A stretch of DNA of 64,000 nucleotides from IMG/VR virus record IMGVR_UViG_3300037247_001239, positions 1-64,000 of that record. One strand, 5' to 3'. The DNA is from a virus. A program made the position numbers and the translations under genes. This document shows, in pieces, positions 18,135-28,374 of this stretch. Below the pieces are notes generated by a model. It did not search any database, had not been told where the DNA came from, and saw only the letters and a list, made by a program, of their open reading frames with translations. Positions within the stretch are counted from its first letter, which is position 1, and every line of letters starts with the position of its first letter.

Positions 18135-18599
18135 ATGAGTACCGTCGAAGACGTGTTCGGGCCCGTTATCAGCCGCTACACCCGCCGAGAGGCGATCGAG
18201 GACGGGATTCTCGTACAGCTCAGCGGACCGGGCTGCACCATGGACCAGGAAATACAGGACATGGTGGCTGAGGCCGGCTTCAAGTGGCCTATGGCCATGA
18301 CTACCACGGCATTCGTCGAGGTCGTAACGCCTATCGAGGGCGAGGGCAACGAGAAGCTGGCCCCCTGCCAGGACATCATGGGCCGGCTGTGGGATGTGCT
18401 CTGGATGCTCAAGTGTGCCATCCGCTCGGCCCCAGGCGGAACCGAACTCCGCTTCGCCCTGTCTGTGGTGCCCAACGTGCCCGAGAGCTACAGCAAGGAC
18501 CACCCGCCCAAGCCGAGGCAGGTGACGCTCAAACTCGTGTCGGGCCCGGGCGACAACGCAGAGCCCGTGCTGACGATCATGCTGCCGGATGAGGACTGA
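18135..18599 (+). CDS. DUF6573-like protein
   Basis: ISRYTRREAIEDGILV...GRLWDVLWM...GPGDNAEPVLTIMLPDED. Confidence 0.75.
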   Translation: MSTVEDVFGPVISRYTRREAIEDGILVQLSGPGCTMDQEIQDMVAEAGFKWPMAMTTTAFVEVVTPIEGEGNEKLAPCQDIMGRLWDVLWMLKCAIRSAPGGTELRFALSVVPNVPESYSKDHPPKPRQVTLKLVSGPGDNAEPVLTIMLPDED

Positions 18600-18841
18600 A
18601 CCGCCCCGGCCCCGAGTGCTCCCGCTGGGGAGCACGTAACCCTGGAGTTGAGACGATGGACCCAGTAGAACTCCTGGCAAACGCTGAGCACAACCTTGGC
18701 AGTGCCCTCAAAGTGCGACTATGGTCGTTTGTAGAAGTCGCCCGGGAGCAGTTGCAGGCCGCCATTAAGGAGCTTGACGTTGACGAGAACGACTAACCGG
18801 GCCGCCGGGTTGCAGGCGGTGAACCAAATGGAGGTGAGACG

Positions 18842-19129
18842 ATGGAACGCAAAACACCCTACATTGCCGCCCTGGCAATACACGTCGACAAGCTCCCGCC
18901 GGCCTTGCGGGCCGAGTTGCGCGATGCAAAGTGCAGTGATTGCAGTCGCCCCGTCCTGGTGTACGGTCCGAGTTACGATCGGGTGGAATCGGCAGTAGGG
19001 GCACTCGACCCCGTGTGTGAGGAGTGCATGGAAACACGGTGGGCAGGAATGGAAGAGATTGCAGTCGTCTCGACTGTCACCCCGAGAGTTGCGCGGGAGT
19101 TTGCGAAAGCAGAAGCAGAGCGGAATTGA
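18842..19129 (+). CDS. Zn-finger hypothetical protein
   Basis: CSDC...CEEC; GGAGGTGAGACG leader. Confidence 0.55.
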   Translation: MERKTPYIAALAIHVDKLPPALRAELRDAKCSDCSRPVLVYGPSYDRVESAVGALDPVCEECMETRWAGMEEIAVVSTVTPRVAREFAKAEAERN

Positions 19130-19227
19130 CGAGTAGTGCCCCCGCGCCGCGCAACCCGCCGCCGGCTGTTGAACATGGAACGGCACGGGCACAAGAAAGG
19201 CTACGTTACCACTGAAAGGAGCTGACC

Positions 19228-19644
19228 ATGTCTGAAGGCAAATTGCGTTTTGGCGACGAAAATCCAAGCGTTAAGAAACTTAGAGAACTTCTCGGAGTCT
19301 CTGATTTCGAGGAAGTCACAGTCGTTACACCACAATTCGAGCGTCCAGACGGCAAGGAGATTACGTTTCGGCCGGAGAAATCCGCAGAGTTCTTTGACAA
19401 GCTCCAGAAGGCTCCCGATGATTTGCTGATTGATATCGGCATGGGTCGATGGAATGACCGCCTTCTGCTGTTTCCCCATGAGTGGTACGACTGCATCCCA
19501 GAGGGTTATATTGTCAGAGACATCAACGAGGAAGACGAGCCGTTCAAGCACGGGGAGACAGATAACGATATCCGGTTTGGTTGTCTGGCTTATGGTTTTG
19601 CACGCGAACCTAGCAATCCACTGGACACAAACCGGGTTACGTGA
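19228..19644 (+). CDS. Hypothetical protein
   Basis: SD AAGGAG; LLLFPHEWYDCIPEG...DNDIRFGCLAYG. Confidence 0.65.
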   Translation: MSEGKLRFGDENPSVKKLRELLGVSDFEEVTVVTPQFERPDGKEITFRPEKSAEFFDKLQKAPDDLLIDIGMGRWNDRLLLFPHEWYDCIPEGYIVRDINEEDEPFKHGETDNDIRFGCLAYGFAREPSNPLDTNRVT

Positions 19645-19662
19645 CCTGCGAAAGGAGATGAG

Positions 19663-19944
19663 ATGAGTGATAGATTACCAGAGGTATGGAAGTTCCGGCT
19701 CAACATTGATGATCGGTCAGAACTTCAGATGCCAGTCGGAGCCAAGGTACTGCACATTGCGGAACAGCAAGGCGTTGCGCGCCTTTGGGCTCTAGTTGAT
19801 CCAGATGCACCGTTAGAGTTCCGTAAATTCCGCCTTGCCGGTACGGGGCACCCAATCCAGAATGGCTTCGCGCTGAAGCATCACGGCAGCTTCTTGATGA
19901 GAGGAGACAAGCTTGTCTTCCATTTGTTTGAGGATGTGTCGTAA
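19663..19944 (+). CDS. Small phage beta-protein (DUF7352-like)
   Basis: WKF.L...MPVGAKVL...LWALVD...GTGH...VFHLFE. Confidence 0.65.
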   Translation: MSDRLPEVWKFRLNIDDRSELQMPVGAKVLHIAEQQGVARLWALVDPDAPLEFRKFRLAGTGHPIQNGFALKHHGSFLMRGDKLVFHLFEDVS

Positions 19945-19967
19945 GGTATTCAGCGAAAGGAGATGAG

Positions 19968-20198
19968 ATGAGCAACGAAAGCCCCGAGATCCGCACCACG
20001 GTGGAACAAGAGGCCGTCAAACTGTTGACTCAGTGCCTGCACGACGCGAGCGACGGCACTCTCCGATACCAGCACCCCCAGGCTAATGCAAGGATAGAAC
20101 GTACTGTCCGCCTGATAATCGACGCTGCGGTAGCCCAAGCGAAAGTCCCCGCAGTCTTCCCGATTGAAGCCAAACAACCCCCGGGCAAGGGCGCTTAG
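19968..20198 (+). CDS. Hypothetical protein
   Basis: Same GAAAGGAGATGAGATG leader as 19663. Confidence 0.55.
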   Translation: MSNESPEIRTTVEQEAVKLLTQCLHDASDGTLRYQHPQANARIERTVRLIIDAAVAQAKVPAVFPIEAKQPPGKGA

Positions 20199-20251
20199 GG
20201 TCGCCTGCCGGTCGACGGTCTCAACTCCCGTCGGCCGGCCGCCCGGGCTTA

Positions 20252-20995
20252 CTAACCCTGCACCAGTTCAGGCACCCCCTCGCTGGGTGCGGACTGCGGT
20301 GTACCCCCGTATAGGGCCAGAACTTGGCGAAGGTACGCACGATGTTGGTCTCCCAGCCACCACTGACCTCGGGCCCACTCCTGGCCGAAGTGCCGCAGAG
20401 TGTGCTGGGCGTCCCACGTCGAGCCAGGGTGGGCAAACCGCACGTAGACGGCCGGATCGTTGGCCAGCATCGTGAAGCCCGGCCAGTTGCCCAGGAACAC
20501 GCTGTCCTCTTCCTTGCCCTGGTGAGGGTAACGGGCGTCGGTCTTGGGGTGCAGGATGCTACCGTGGATCCCCGTGTTGTCGAAGAACCGCACGGCCGCG
20601 GTGTCGCTGCCCCAGTCGTAGCACAACTGATACTGAAGGAGCACGGGAGACCCGGGGTTCTGCTTCCATGCCTCGACCTGGAGGGCCATGCGGTCTTCGC
20701 GGTAGTGATCGTCATCATCCCACTGGGTCACCACGTTCCCATGAGCCTTGTCCAGCCCGATGTTACGAAGCTCCCCGAGCGACTTCTTACTCTGGACTGC
20801 CACCACGCGGACGTTGTCCGTAGAGAAGGGCAGCAGATCAAAGCATCCATCGGCGACGATGAGCAGTTCCCGGCAGTCTGCCGGATACGTCTGGCGGTGA
20901 AAACAGTCAATCGCCGCGGGCAGGAACTTGGCCACTCGGCCCTCTTCTTTTCCCGTGACGCAAACGGCGGTAACGAACGGCGGCTGGTTTTTCAT
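20252..20995 (-). CDS. GT2/GT-A glycosyltransferase
   Basis: AIDCFHRQTYP..RELLIVADG, LGELRNIG, QWDDDD, EEDS. Confidence 0.85.
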   Translation of the reverse strand: MKNQPPFVTAVCVTGKEEGRVAKFLPAAIDCFHRQTYPADCRELLIVADGCFDLLPFSTDNVRVVAVQSKKSLGELRNIGLDKAHGNVVTQWDDDDHYREDRMALQVEAWKQNPGSPVLLQYQLCYDWGSDTAAVRFFDNTGIHGSILHPKTDARYPHQGKEEDSVFLGNWPGFTMLANDPAVYVRFAHPGSTWDAQHTLRHFGQEWARGQWWLGDQHRAYLRQVLALYGGTPQSAPSEGVPELVQG

Positions 20996-21375
20996 TCCAA
21001 ACTCCTTAGAGTGATACAGTTTTGGGACGTGATAATCTCCGCTTTGTCTCCAGCCTGGCGATACTGGCCGAGCGACCTGCGAGCTCTCCGCATTGTGGCA
21101 CAGTATTCGGTGCGAGTGAACCCCCTAGGGTTCTCGCTGAACATATGGACGCTGAGCTTCGCCGGAGACAAATGGCTTTGTGTTGGGGATGGTTCAGCCG
21201 ACGCTTTATTGGATGCCACAAGCTCCACGCCTGGCGACATGAGCTTGGCCAATTCGTGGAGCGACACCATCACCGGCGCTTTCTTTTGCGGGCGCGCAAA
21301 TGCGGCGCCGGGCAACACGCCCACGCTTCCCACAGCAACCCCCATGCACTCACGACGACTGATTCGACTTTCCAT
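20992..21375 (-). CDS. Hypothetical protein with twin-arginine-like N-terminus
   Basis: MESRISRRECMGVAVG...AAFA; SD upstream. Confidence 0.5.
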   Translation of the reverse strand: MESRISRRECMGVAVGSVGVLPGAAFARPQKKAPVMVSLHELAKLMSPGVELVASNKASAEPSPTQSHLSPAKLSVHMFSENPRGFTRTEYCATMRRARRSLGQYRQAGDKAEIITSQNCITLRSLE

Positions 21376-21405
21376 CACGATTTCCTTTCCTGTTGAGGGT
21401 TTCCA

Positions 21406-22464
21406 ATGCAGCCCATTGTACTGAAGAAGGGGGCAACTGCATACGGCTATGTCAGGGTAAGTACCGATCGCCAGGAAAACTCGCCCCAAGCCCAGGCCAA
21501 GATACTCAACGACTGGGCAGCCGAGCAAGGCTACCCCATCGAACTGGCCTACGACACGGGCGTGTCGGCCGCCAAACTGGAATTCGAGAAACGGCCCGCT
21601 GGGCGAGAATTACTGCGACGGATCCAGCCCGGCGACGTGATAGCGGCGGTCCGGCTCGACCGCTTGTTTCGTCGCGGGCAAGAGATTGCCCTGTTGCGCC
21701 GTCTGGCCCAGCAGGACATCCGGATAGTCACCGTCGTCGACAGCCTGCCCGACACCAGCACACCTGTTGGCAAATACATCCAGGGCAATTTCGTGCTGAT
21801 GCACGAACTGGAGGCCGCCATCATTGGGGCCCGCATCCGGGAGACCATGGCCTGGCGGAAATCCATGGGCCTGCCCGTCAACGGGGCGGGCAAGTACGGC
21901 CACAAGATCGTGCCCGGCGAGAAGGGGCAGGTGTTCGAGGTCGACGAGGAGGAGATGCAACTGATCCGCCAGGCATCCGAGCGGAGACTTGCCGGCGAAT
22001 CGTGCCAAGACATTGCCACAGACTTTGGTTGGGACCGTTGCCGGGTAGCACGGGTGACGTTGCAGTATTGGCTGGCCAACGACATCGAACCACCCGAACA
22101 ATCGTTCCGAAAACGGCCCACCCCAGAAGAAGAAGAGCAACGTCGCCTAGAGCGAATAACCTGGGCGCAGGACAAGCCGGTCTGGATCATCCACGGCCAG
22201 AGGTGCAAGCGGCTGGTCTATGACGACGTAGACCAAGACTGCCCCGACTGCGGCGTGAGCCAGGGCATGTACCACGTCCCCGGGTGTAGCCAGGAAGAAT
22301 GTCCGCTCTGCAAGGGCCAGGCCGCCACCTGCAACTGCAAACCACGGCTACCACACAAGAGGCCCAAACGGAAAGAGAAGCCCGTCAAGCGGAAGGCAAA
22401 GCCTACTTGGAAGGACGCGGGGTGGATTGACTCTCCCGAGCCGCCTTCCGACGTTGCTGGATAA
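21406..22464 (+). CDS. Serine recombinase with C-terminal Cys-rich domain
   Basis: YGYVRVSTDRQ (catalytic Ser), DTGVSA, RLDRLFR, E...IGARIRE; C-terminal CPDCG...HVPGC..EECPLC....CNC. Confidence 0.9.
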   Translation: MQPIVLKKGATAYGYVRVSTDRQENSPQAQAKILNDWAAEQGYPIELAYDTGVSAAKLEFEKRPAGRELLRRIQPGDVIAAVRLDRLFRRGQEIALLRRLAQQDIRIVTVVDSLPDTSTPVGKYIQGNFVLMHELEAAIIGARIRETMAWRKSMGLPVNGAGKYGHKIVPGEKGQVFEVDEEEMQLIRQASERRLAGESCQDIATDFGWDRCRVARVTLQYWLANDIEPPEQSFRKRPTPEEEEQRRLERITWAQDKPVWIIHGQRCKRLVYDDVDQDCPDCGVSQGMYHVPGCSQEECPLCKGQAATCNCKPRLPHKRPKRKEKPVKRKAKPTWKDAGWIDSPEPPSDVAG

Positions 22465-25400
22465 GCAGGTTCAGAATTGACAGGTCCTCGACTAGATCCG
22501 GGTGGGCATCCTTCTGGTCCTTCGGAAGGTAAAGGCGAGTAAACTCCCTGATCTCGGGGTGCGCCTCCAGGAGTTCCATCTGGGCCCGCTCCATTTCTCG
22601 GAGCTTCTGAGCTGGCAAGTCAACCGTGTGAAATTTGAGCCCCGTAGTCAAGTCAGCCAAGCGAGCCGAACGACTCTTTCGGGTATCCAGAGCCCTCCTG
22701 GTCTCGAAAATCTGCCGAGAGAAAGGGCTGCGGGTTAGCATGAAGTCTACCTCGGGTTGCCCAGTGATCGGCCGCAGATCCTTGAGCTTGCGCCCAGTCC
22801 ACATCTGGCGGCCAGCAAACGCCTCCACGGGAGACAGCAGCAGGGGGTGTATGTCCGAAGCGAACCGGCGGGCCGTTGCACCCATCGCGGGACGGCCACC
22901 AGTAAACTGAAAGCGGCTTAGGTCTTCTAGGGGTAGTCCAGCCTGAGTTAGGAAGGTGGCCTTTTCGGCAGGACCACCCCAGCGAACTGCCATCCGTTCT
23001 CGCATCCACGGAGGCAGATACCCACCCTCGCCCGACTCTCGTTGAATACCCGCCAGCAACCGCGTCGTCTGGGCAGCACGCCCACCAGGCCGGCTGATAA
23101 CCAACTCAATCTGGCGGGGAATGTTGTTGCGCGCCCATCGCCAGAAGGGGATCATTCGGGTCATCACCTGCCGCTCGAACTTTGACGCCTGGCCGTAGTC
23201 GAATTGGGTACGAAACGTGATGTGTCTCGCCTGTGCCGGACTGTAGCCCCGCTTTCGCAGCCGGTCGTAAGGCCCGGCCCGTAACAGAAACTCGATGAAC
23301 CCGTATGCTTTCTCTCCCATTGCAGCCGGGATGTTCTGCCGTCCGGTCACAACCTCCCCGCTGGGCAGCCGCACGCCCCGCACTCCTCGACTGGCTGTGG
23401 GGTCGAGCATCCGCCACGCTGAACCGGCCTTACGTTCTGCGGGCAAGTTTTGGTAGGGCCTAAAGATCCCACCCAAGAAACCCCGGGGGACCGCCCCCAA
23501 TTCTTCAGTGACCTCGGCACCGGCCACCTGGATCGAACCGGCCCCCCGTAGTAGGTCGCTGTCAAGAACTTCGTCGATGTGAGTCAGGGGCGTCTTACCG
23601 CCGCTATGAACGTGCTTTGCCGCATCCCCAATACCGCCCAGTACATCCTTGAGGCCCATCACGCCCTCGGACCACCACTGCCAGGTACCGCCAGCCAGGT
23701 TGCGGGTATGGAAGGCTGGGGCCATGACCAGCCAGCCCTTATACATCGAGTTGATCTTGTCGTAGGTCTCGCCTATCTTGCCAATGTTTAACGGACGCAT
23801 CGACTCGACATAAGCCTCCATGACCCGTTCGGTGCGAGCATCGGTCATCAAGTCGTTGAGTTTGGGTATCGCCTCGTCTAGCGGACCGTCGAACTCACCG
23901 GGATACTTGCGTTTGGCGAAGTTCAGCAGGCCCTCTTCAGTGAAGCCGGCGTTTTGCCAGACCTCTCGCAAACTCTTGCCGTCAGTGATCGCCTCCCCTG
24001 CCTTCCACACCACCTTCTCGCCCGCCAGGAAGTGGTGCGCCGCCAGTACGGTACCCAGCGATCGGGAGATGTGTGTAACGTAGTCGCCCAGATCGTCGAC
24101 CATCCGACGATCGAAAAGTCCGGTCTTGAGGATCTCCGGGGGCAGCCCGGCAAAATAGTCCACCACCCGCCCCAGCCGTGGTCCCAGTTCCTTGCCGCCG
24201 ATCGTCTCCCCGACTCGCCAGTTGTCTCCCTGTTTAGCCAAGTCCTCGGGCGATAGGCCAGCCCGCATCAACTCTGGTTCGATATGCTTGCTCCAAAGGT
24301 ACGCCTGTTGCATCTCCCGGACATTCAGCTTCTCAGTAGGGATGCCTCTGGAATCAAGAACGTCGCGCAAGCCATCTTGGAACGCCTTCGTACCCCGCAC
24401 GTTCTGGCTAGCGGTAATCCATTGGTCTTGGGCTGTTCGGTTCACCGCCGCCGTGCGACCAGGCCACTCACGCAAGAGCGGGTTCCGGGGGGAGGCAAAG
24501 GGGAAGTAATGTCCAAACAGCTTTTCGTAGTCTTTGGCAGCCTGGGCGTCCTTCCGTTGGGCCGCCAGCGAACTGGCACGCCGGGGATGGTAGCCCTGCA
24601 TGAACATATCGTCCAGGTTTTTGACGTTGGCCCCCAGTTGCTTCAGCATCCCATACTGGCCGTCAAGGATCTCCATGTTGGCGTTGAGGTACGTGTGAAA
24701 CCTCTGCGAGAACTCGCTGACCTGGGCCTCCCATGCCGCTGCGGGAGTGTTCTGCGGGGTGCCCAAATACTTGAGGATGTCCTCGTGTAATACCTGCATC
24801 CCATCAGCCTGCCGCAACAACTCACCGCCCTTTTCCTGGGCGTCTCGGGCAAACACCTCGAAACCCACTTGGTCCCCGGCCGCCGCCCGGCTCTTAGCCA
24901 GATCATCCCACATCTTCGTCAATGACGCGGTTTCGGCCCGCATTGCCGGCATAACGTCCAGGGACAAGTCCGCCAGTTGGGCGGAGTGGGAGAACATCGC
25001 GTCTTTTGCCATCTGGGCGGCACCCACCGGCGTACCCCATGCCTTGTGGCTGAAGGCGTAGCGAGCCCAGGGCACCACCGAGAGCGGCGAGTACCACAGC
25101 TTTTCCAGGGTCTTCGCCGACAACTCGCCTTTACCTAGCGTGGCAAAGGGGGCCTTTCCAGGCAGCCCGAAGCCCAACAGGGCTCGCTCACCGCTGCGGA
25201 TCTCGCCGGCCATTTCGGCGGCCGTGCGACCCATCACCCGCTGATATTGTCTTCCGCCCAGACTGCCCACCGTCTTTCCAGTGCCACGAACCTTTTCCAG
25301 TTGGGCCAGTCGCTCTTGAAACTGAGGAAGGGCCTTCTTTAGCGTGCCAGACATTTTGATGCCACGAAACGCCTCCAGGCCCTTGGTCGTCAGCGCACCA

Positions 25401-25807
25401 GTGGGGCCCCGAACCAACATTAGCGGATCGGTGACCACCTCCGCCCCCAGGCCGGCTACGTCCCAGACGAAGTCCTCGAAGGAATTGAACAGTCCGGGAC
25501 GGTTGCGTGGGGCTCCAGCGTACATCTCCAGCAGGTCACGCCCCCAAACCCGCTCGTCTGGATCGGTCCAGCCCATGGTGTCCGAGCCGGGCACCAGATT
25601 CAATAGGGCCTCAGGCTTACCTGCAAGCAATCCCCGAACCGCTGCCCCGGGCTTGTCGAGAGTTAGCCCCAGCCACTCCAGGCCGCCAACCGCCTTCTGG
25701 CCAGCCCAGCCCAGCAGCGATTCCTCCTGTTCAGGCGTCAATGTAGGCACCGGCGGCCGTACTCGTGCAGCGGCCAGACCCAGGGGATCGAGATAGTTGG
25801 GAGGCAT
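22403..25807 (-). CDS. Large putative internal virion/ejection protein
   Basis: 1134 aa at the end of the late operon; PAFHTRNLAG and FDYG...IPFWRW..NN.P motifs typical of large virion proteins. Confidence 0.55.
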   Translation of the reverse strand: MPPNYLDPLGLAAARVRPPVPTLTPEQEESLLGWAGQKAVGGLEWLGLTLDKPGAAVRGLLAGKPEALLNLVPGSDTMGWTDPDERVWGRDLLEMYAGAPRNRPGLFNSFEDFVWDVAGLGAEVVTDPLMLVRGPTGALTTKGLEAFRGIKMSGTLKKALPQFQERLAQLEKVRGTGKTVGSLGGRQYQRVMGRTAAEMAGEIRSGERALLGFGLPGKAPFATLGKGELSAKTLEKLWYSPLSVVPWARYAFSHKAWGTPVGAAQMAKDAMFSHSAQLADLSLDVMPAMRAETASLTKMWDDLAKSRAAAGDQVGFEVFARDAQEKGGELLRQADGMQVLHEDILKYLGTPQNTPAAAWEAQVSEFSQRFHTYLNANMEILDGQYGMLKQLGANVKNLDDMFMQGYHPRRASSLAAQRKDAQAAKDYEKLFGHYFPFASPRNPLLREWPGRTAAVNRTAQDQWITASQNVRGTKAFQDGLRDVLDSRGIPTEKLNVREMQQAYLWSKHIEPELMRAGLSPEDLAKQGDNWRVGETIGGKELGPRLGRVVDYFAGLPPEILKTGLFDRRMVDDLGDYVTHISRSLGTVLAAHHFLAGEKVVWKAGEAITDGKSLREVWQNAGFTEEGLLNFAKRKYPGEFDGPLDEAIPKLNDLMTDARTERVMEAYVESMRPLNIGKIGETYDKINSMYKGWLVMAPAFHTRNLAGGTWQWWSEGVMGLKDVLGGIGDAAKHVHSGGKTPLTHIDEVLDSDLLRGAGSIQVAGAEVTEELGAVPRGFLGGIFRPYQNLPAERKAGSAWRMLDPTASRGVRGVRLPSGEVVTGRQNIPAAMGEKAYGFIEFLLRAGPYDRLRKRGYSPAQARHITFRTQFDYGQASKFERQVMTRMIPFWRWARNNIPRQIELVISRPGGRAAQTTRLLAGIQRESGEGGYLPPWMRERMAVRWGGPAEKATFLTQAGLPLEDLSRFQFTGGRPAMGATARRFASDIHPLLLSPVEAFAGRQMWTGRKLKDLRPITGQPEVDFMLTRSPFSRQIFETRRALDTRKSRSARLADLTTGLKFHTVDLPAQKLREMERAQMELLEAHPEIREFTRLYLPKDQKDAHPDLVEDLSILNLLIQQRRKAARESQSTPRPSK

Positions 25808-25820
25808 TTAGGTGGACCTT

Positions 25821-27299
25821 CTATCTACTCGGCCGCCAACCACTTTGCGGCCCCTGGTTACTCGGCCGCCACTTGGCAGCGCCTGGATCAACCTGCATGA
25901 CTCTCGCCCTGGCAGCTTCGCTGGTTTGGGCAGGTTTCGGCGGCCCACCTCCGAATGCTTTATTGATCTGGTAGGCCAGATTTGCCAACAACCCTGGCGG
26001 CGTGTACCAAGATTCACTGGTCTTCTTGAGGTTTTCCCACGTTGTCGGGTCCCTGGTTGCCTTGATTAGCCTTTTGCTCTCCTCTACATCCTCGACAGGT
26101 ACTCCAGCACGCTCCTCTAACTGCGCGACCGTTTCCTCATCGTCGTTTGCACGCGCTTCATCGTAAGTTGCCACTTCAGCCGGGGTAAGGTTTGCTTCAA
26201 CAATCTTGCGGTTCCGCTTCAGCACGGAAGACATGCCTTCAGCAGCGGCCTGCCCTGCCGCTCCCGGAAGGCCAAACATCGGGCCAAGCCGCTCCATGAG
26301 TTCCTGCGGGACCTGCCCTCCGCCCTGAATGATGGCCGTTATCATCGAGGCGGCAGCCTTCGCTTGGTCCGACTTCACTTGTGCGTCCGCCCGCATCTGC
26401 TGTGCCTCCGGCATCGCCAGCAATGCGTCCGGCCCGGCCAGCATCGCCAAGTCTTCCGGCGAGGTCGTGCCCAAGGCCACGCGGGTCTCCAGCGGCGACT
26501 CGCCCCGGGCCCGCGCCATCACCAGTTCGCGGCGTTTGGCGTCGGGCACACGGGCTTCCTTCCGTTCGGCAAACTTCTCTTCCCGTCGAGTCTTGAGCGC
26601 CGCACGGGCCCCTGCACTTTCGTCCCGACTTAGGGGGTTCGCGTTGGCCTTCTGCCGTAGCCGTAGGATCTCTTGTTCCGAGGGTTGATATGCTTCGGGG
26701 ATGGGCCCGCGCTTGGCAGCCGCCGCGGCAATGACTGCGTCAAGTCCTCTGATCCGTTCCTGCATGGCTAGGTCGGGCAGCGGGAGAGGTGCATCCGAGA
26801 CCCCGGCCCCAGAAGTCCCGTAGCCTCCTGGCCCAGAGTCCAACGGCATTGGCACGCCACCGCCGAAGAGTCCGGGGCCGAAGGGCGCCATCTCGGCATA
26901 CGCCTCCGCCTTGGCCTGGGCGACAATGCCCTCTACATCCAGTGGAGGAGGGGCCGGCGGCGGGTCCGGCAAGACGTTCCAGACGGGCTGTGGTTGTGGC
27001 TGCGCGCCGGGAAACGGGCCTTGAGGCACGGCCTGTGGCGGCGGCGCGCCGGGCATCTGGGGCGGCGGACCACCGAACGGTCCCTGGGGTGGACCCTGTG
27101 CCTGCACGCCCACTGGCTGTTGTGGCAAAGGAACACCACCCATCGCACCCGGAACGGGGACGGGGGCGGGAATTCCCGGTGGGGGCGGCGTTGCCATCGA
27201 CAGGGGCACCCATCGTCCATCGGCAAGCTGCACCATGGGCTCCGACTGGGGACCCCCAGGTTGCATCATTGCGGGCATGGGCCCGGGAAACTGTGTCAT
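25821..27299 (-). CDS. Pro/Gln-rich putative internal virion protein
   Basis: Low-complexity N-terminus, helical C-terminus; position after the tail genes. Confidence 0.5.
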   Translation of the reverse strand: MTQFPGPMPAMMQPGGPQSEPMVQLADGRWVPLSMATPPPPGIPAPVPVPGAMGGVPLPQQPVGVQAQGPPQGPFGGPPPQMPGAPPPQAVPQGPFPGAQPQPQPVWNVLPDPPPAPPPLDVEGIVAQAKAEAYAEMAPFGPGLFGGGVPMPLDSGPGGYGTSGAGVSDAPLPLPDLAMQERIRGLDAVIAAAAAKRGPIPEAYQPSEQEILRLRQKANANPLSRDESAGARAALKTRREEKFAERKEARVPDAKRRELVMARARGESPLETRVALGTTSPEDLAMLAGPDALLAMPEAQQMRADAQVKSDQAKAAASMITAIIQGGGQVPQELMERLGPMFGLPGAAGQAAAEGMSSVLKRNRKIVEANLTPAEVATYDEARANDDEETVAQLEERAGVPVEDVEESKRLIKATRDPTTWENLKKTSESWYTPPGLLANLAYQINKAFGGGPPKPAQTSEAARARVMQVDPGAAKWRPSNQGPQSGWRPSR

Positions 27300-27309
27300 T
27301 TCGTTCTCC

Positions 27310-28374
27310 TTACGTCCACCAGGGATTTTGCCCCAGGAGCATGTTCAAGACGGTCTGCTGCTGCATCCGGTTCAGTTGATCCGCATTCGCCTGCTGCTGG
27401 ATTGACTGCCCGGCCCACCCCTGGGCCTCTTGTTCACGGGCCTGCTGGCCGGCGAGCATCTGCTGCATGTTGGCGAACTGGTGTTGCTGGGCTATCTGCG
27501 GACCGGCCATCTGGGCGCCGGCCATCTGCTGGCCCCACTGGTTCGCCTGGCCCTGCTGAATGGACGGGCTCTGCAACGAGTTGAAGCCTCTCGCACCCTG
27601 CCCGCCCGTGAGTCCAGATCGCGTCGGTACGCCCATCGCCATGGCCAGGTTACCCTGGGCCTGGGTGAAGTCTTGCGAGAACATGGGCTGGGGGGTGATC
27701 GAGGTCTGGATGTTCGTGGGCTGGCCTGCGACACCAGGCGCGCCGCCGCCAGGTGCGCCACCGCCCCCAAGGACGGACGATTGGCCGCCGCCCATCGGTT
27801 GCTGACCACCACCCTGCTGGTCAAGTATGTACTGCGGAGTCTTATGTCCGCCAGGCCCTGGATTGCCGAACATCCGTAGGGATCGTTCTTCTGACGTTAG
27901 CTTCGACCAATCAAGGGGTGGGCCACCCTCTGGGAGTCCATACCACGCATTGCTGCCTGGTCGCGGAGAGCCGCCTCCGCCGGCTGCTCCGAATCCGCCC
28001 ACTCCAGATTGCGGGGTGCCAAACTTATTCCTCAGCACGCCGCTGGCGTCAGGCAGGTAGGGACCTTGCTGTCCGCCTTGCTGCCCGCCCTGCTGCATCC
28101 AGGGAAAGGTGTCCGGGAGACCGCCGCTCATGCCGCCTTGCTGTTGCCCACCGCCCGCGCCGCCGACCGGCTGCTGGCCACCGCCCGGAGCCTTGGCCAA
28201 CCACTCTTCCCAGGACAATCCAGCCTTCTTGCCGCCAGGGCGGGTCAAATAGCCCTCTGCCACCCCGGGCACTTTTGCCCAGTCCACTGGGCGTCCCCCA
28301 AAGGGGCTGCCGCCCAGCTTACGACTGCTCCCCGCGGGCTTCGGTACTGTAGGTGTCTGTGGAAAAGTGGCCAT
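27310..28374 (-). CDS. Gly/Gln-rich putative virion protein
   Basis: Low complexity; translationally coupled. Confidence 0.5.
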   Translation of the reverse strand: MATFPQTPTVPKPAGSSRKLGGSPFGGRPVDWAKVPGVAEGYLTRPGGKKAGLSWEEWLAKAPGGGQQPVGGAGGGQQQGGMSGGLPDTFPWMQQGGQQGGQQGPYLPDASGVLRNKFGTPQSGVGGFGAAGGGGSPRPGSNAWYGLPEGGPPLDWSKLTSEERSLRMFGNPGPGGHKTPQYILDQQGGGQQPMGGGQSSVLGGGGAPGGGAPGVAGQPTNIQTSITPQPMFSQDFTQAQGNLAMAMGVPTRSGLTGGQGARGFNSLQSPSIQQGQANQWGQQMAGAQMAGPQIAQQHQFANMQQMLAGQQAREQEAQGWAGQSIQQQANADQLNRMQQQTVLNMLLGQNPWWT

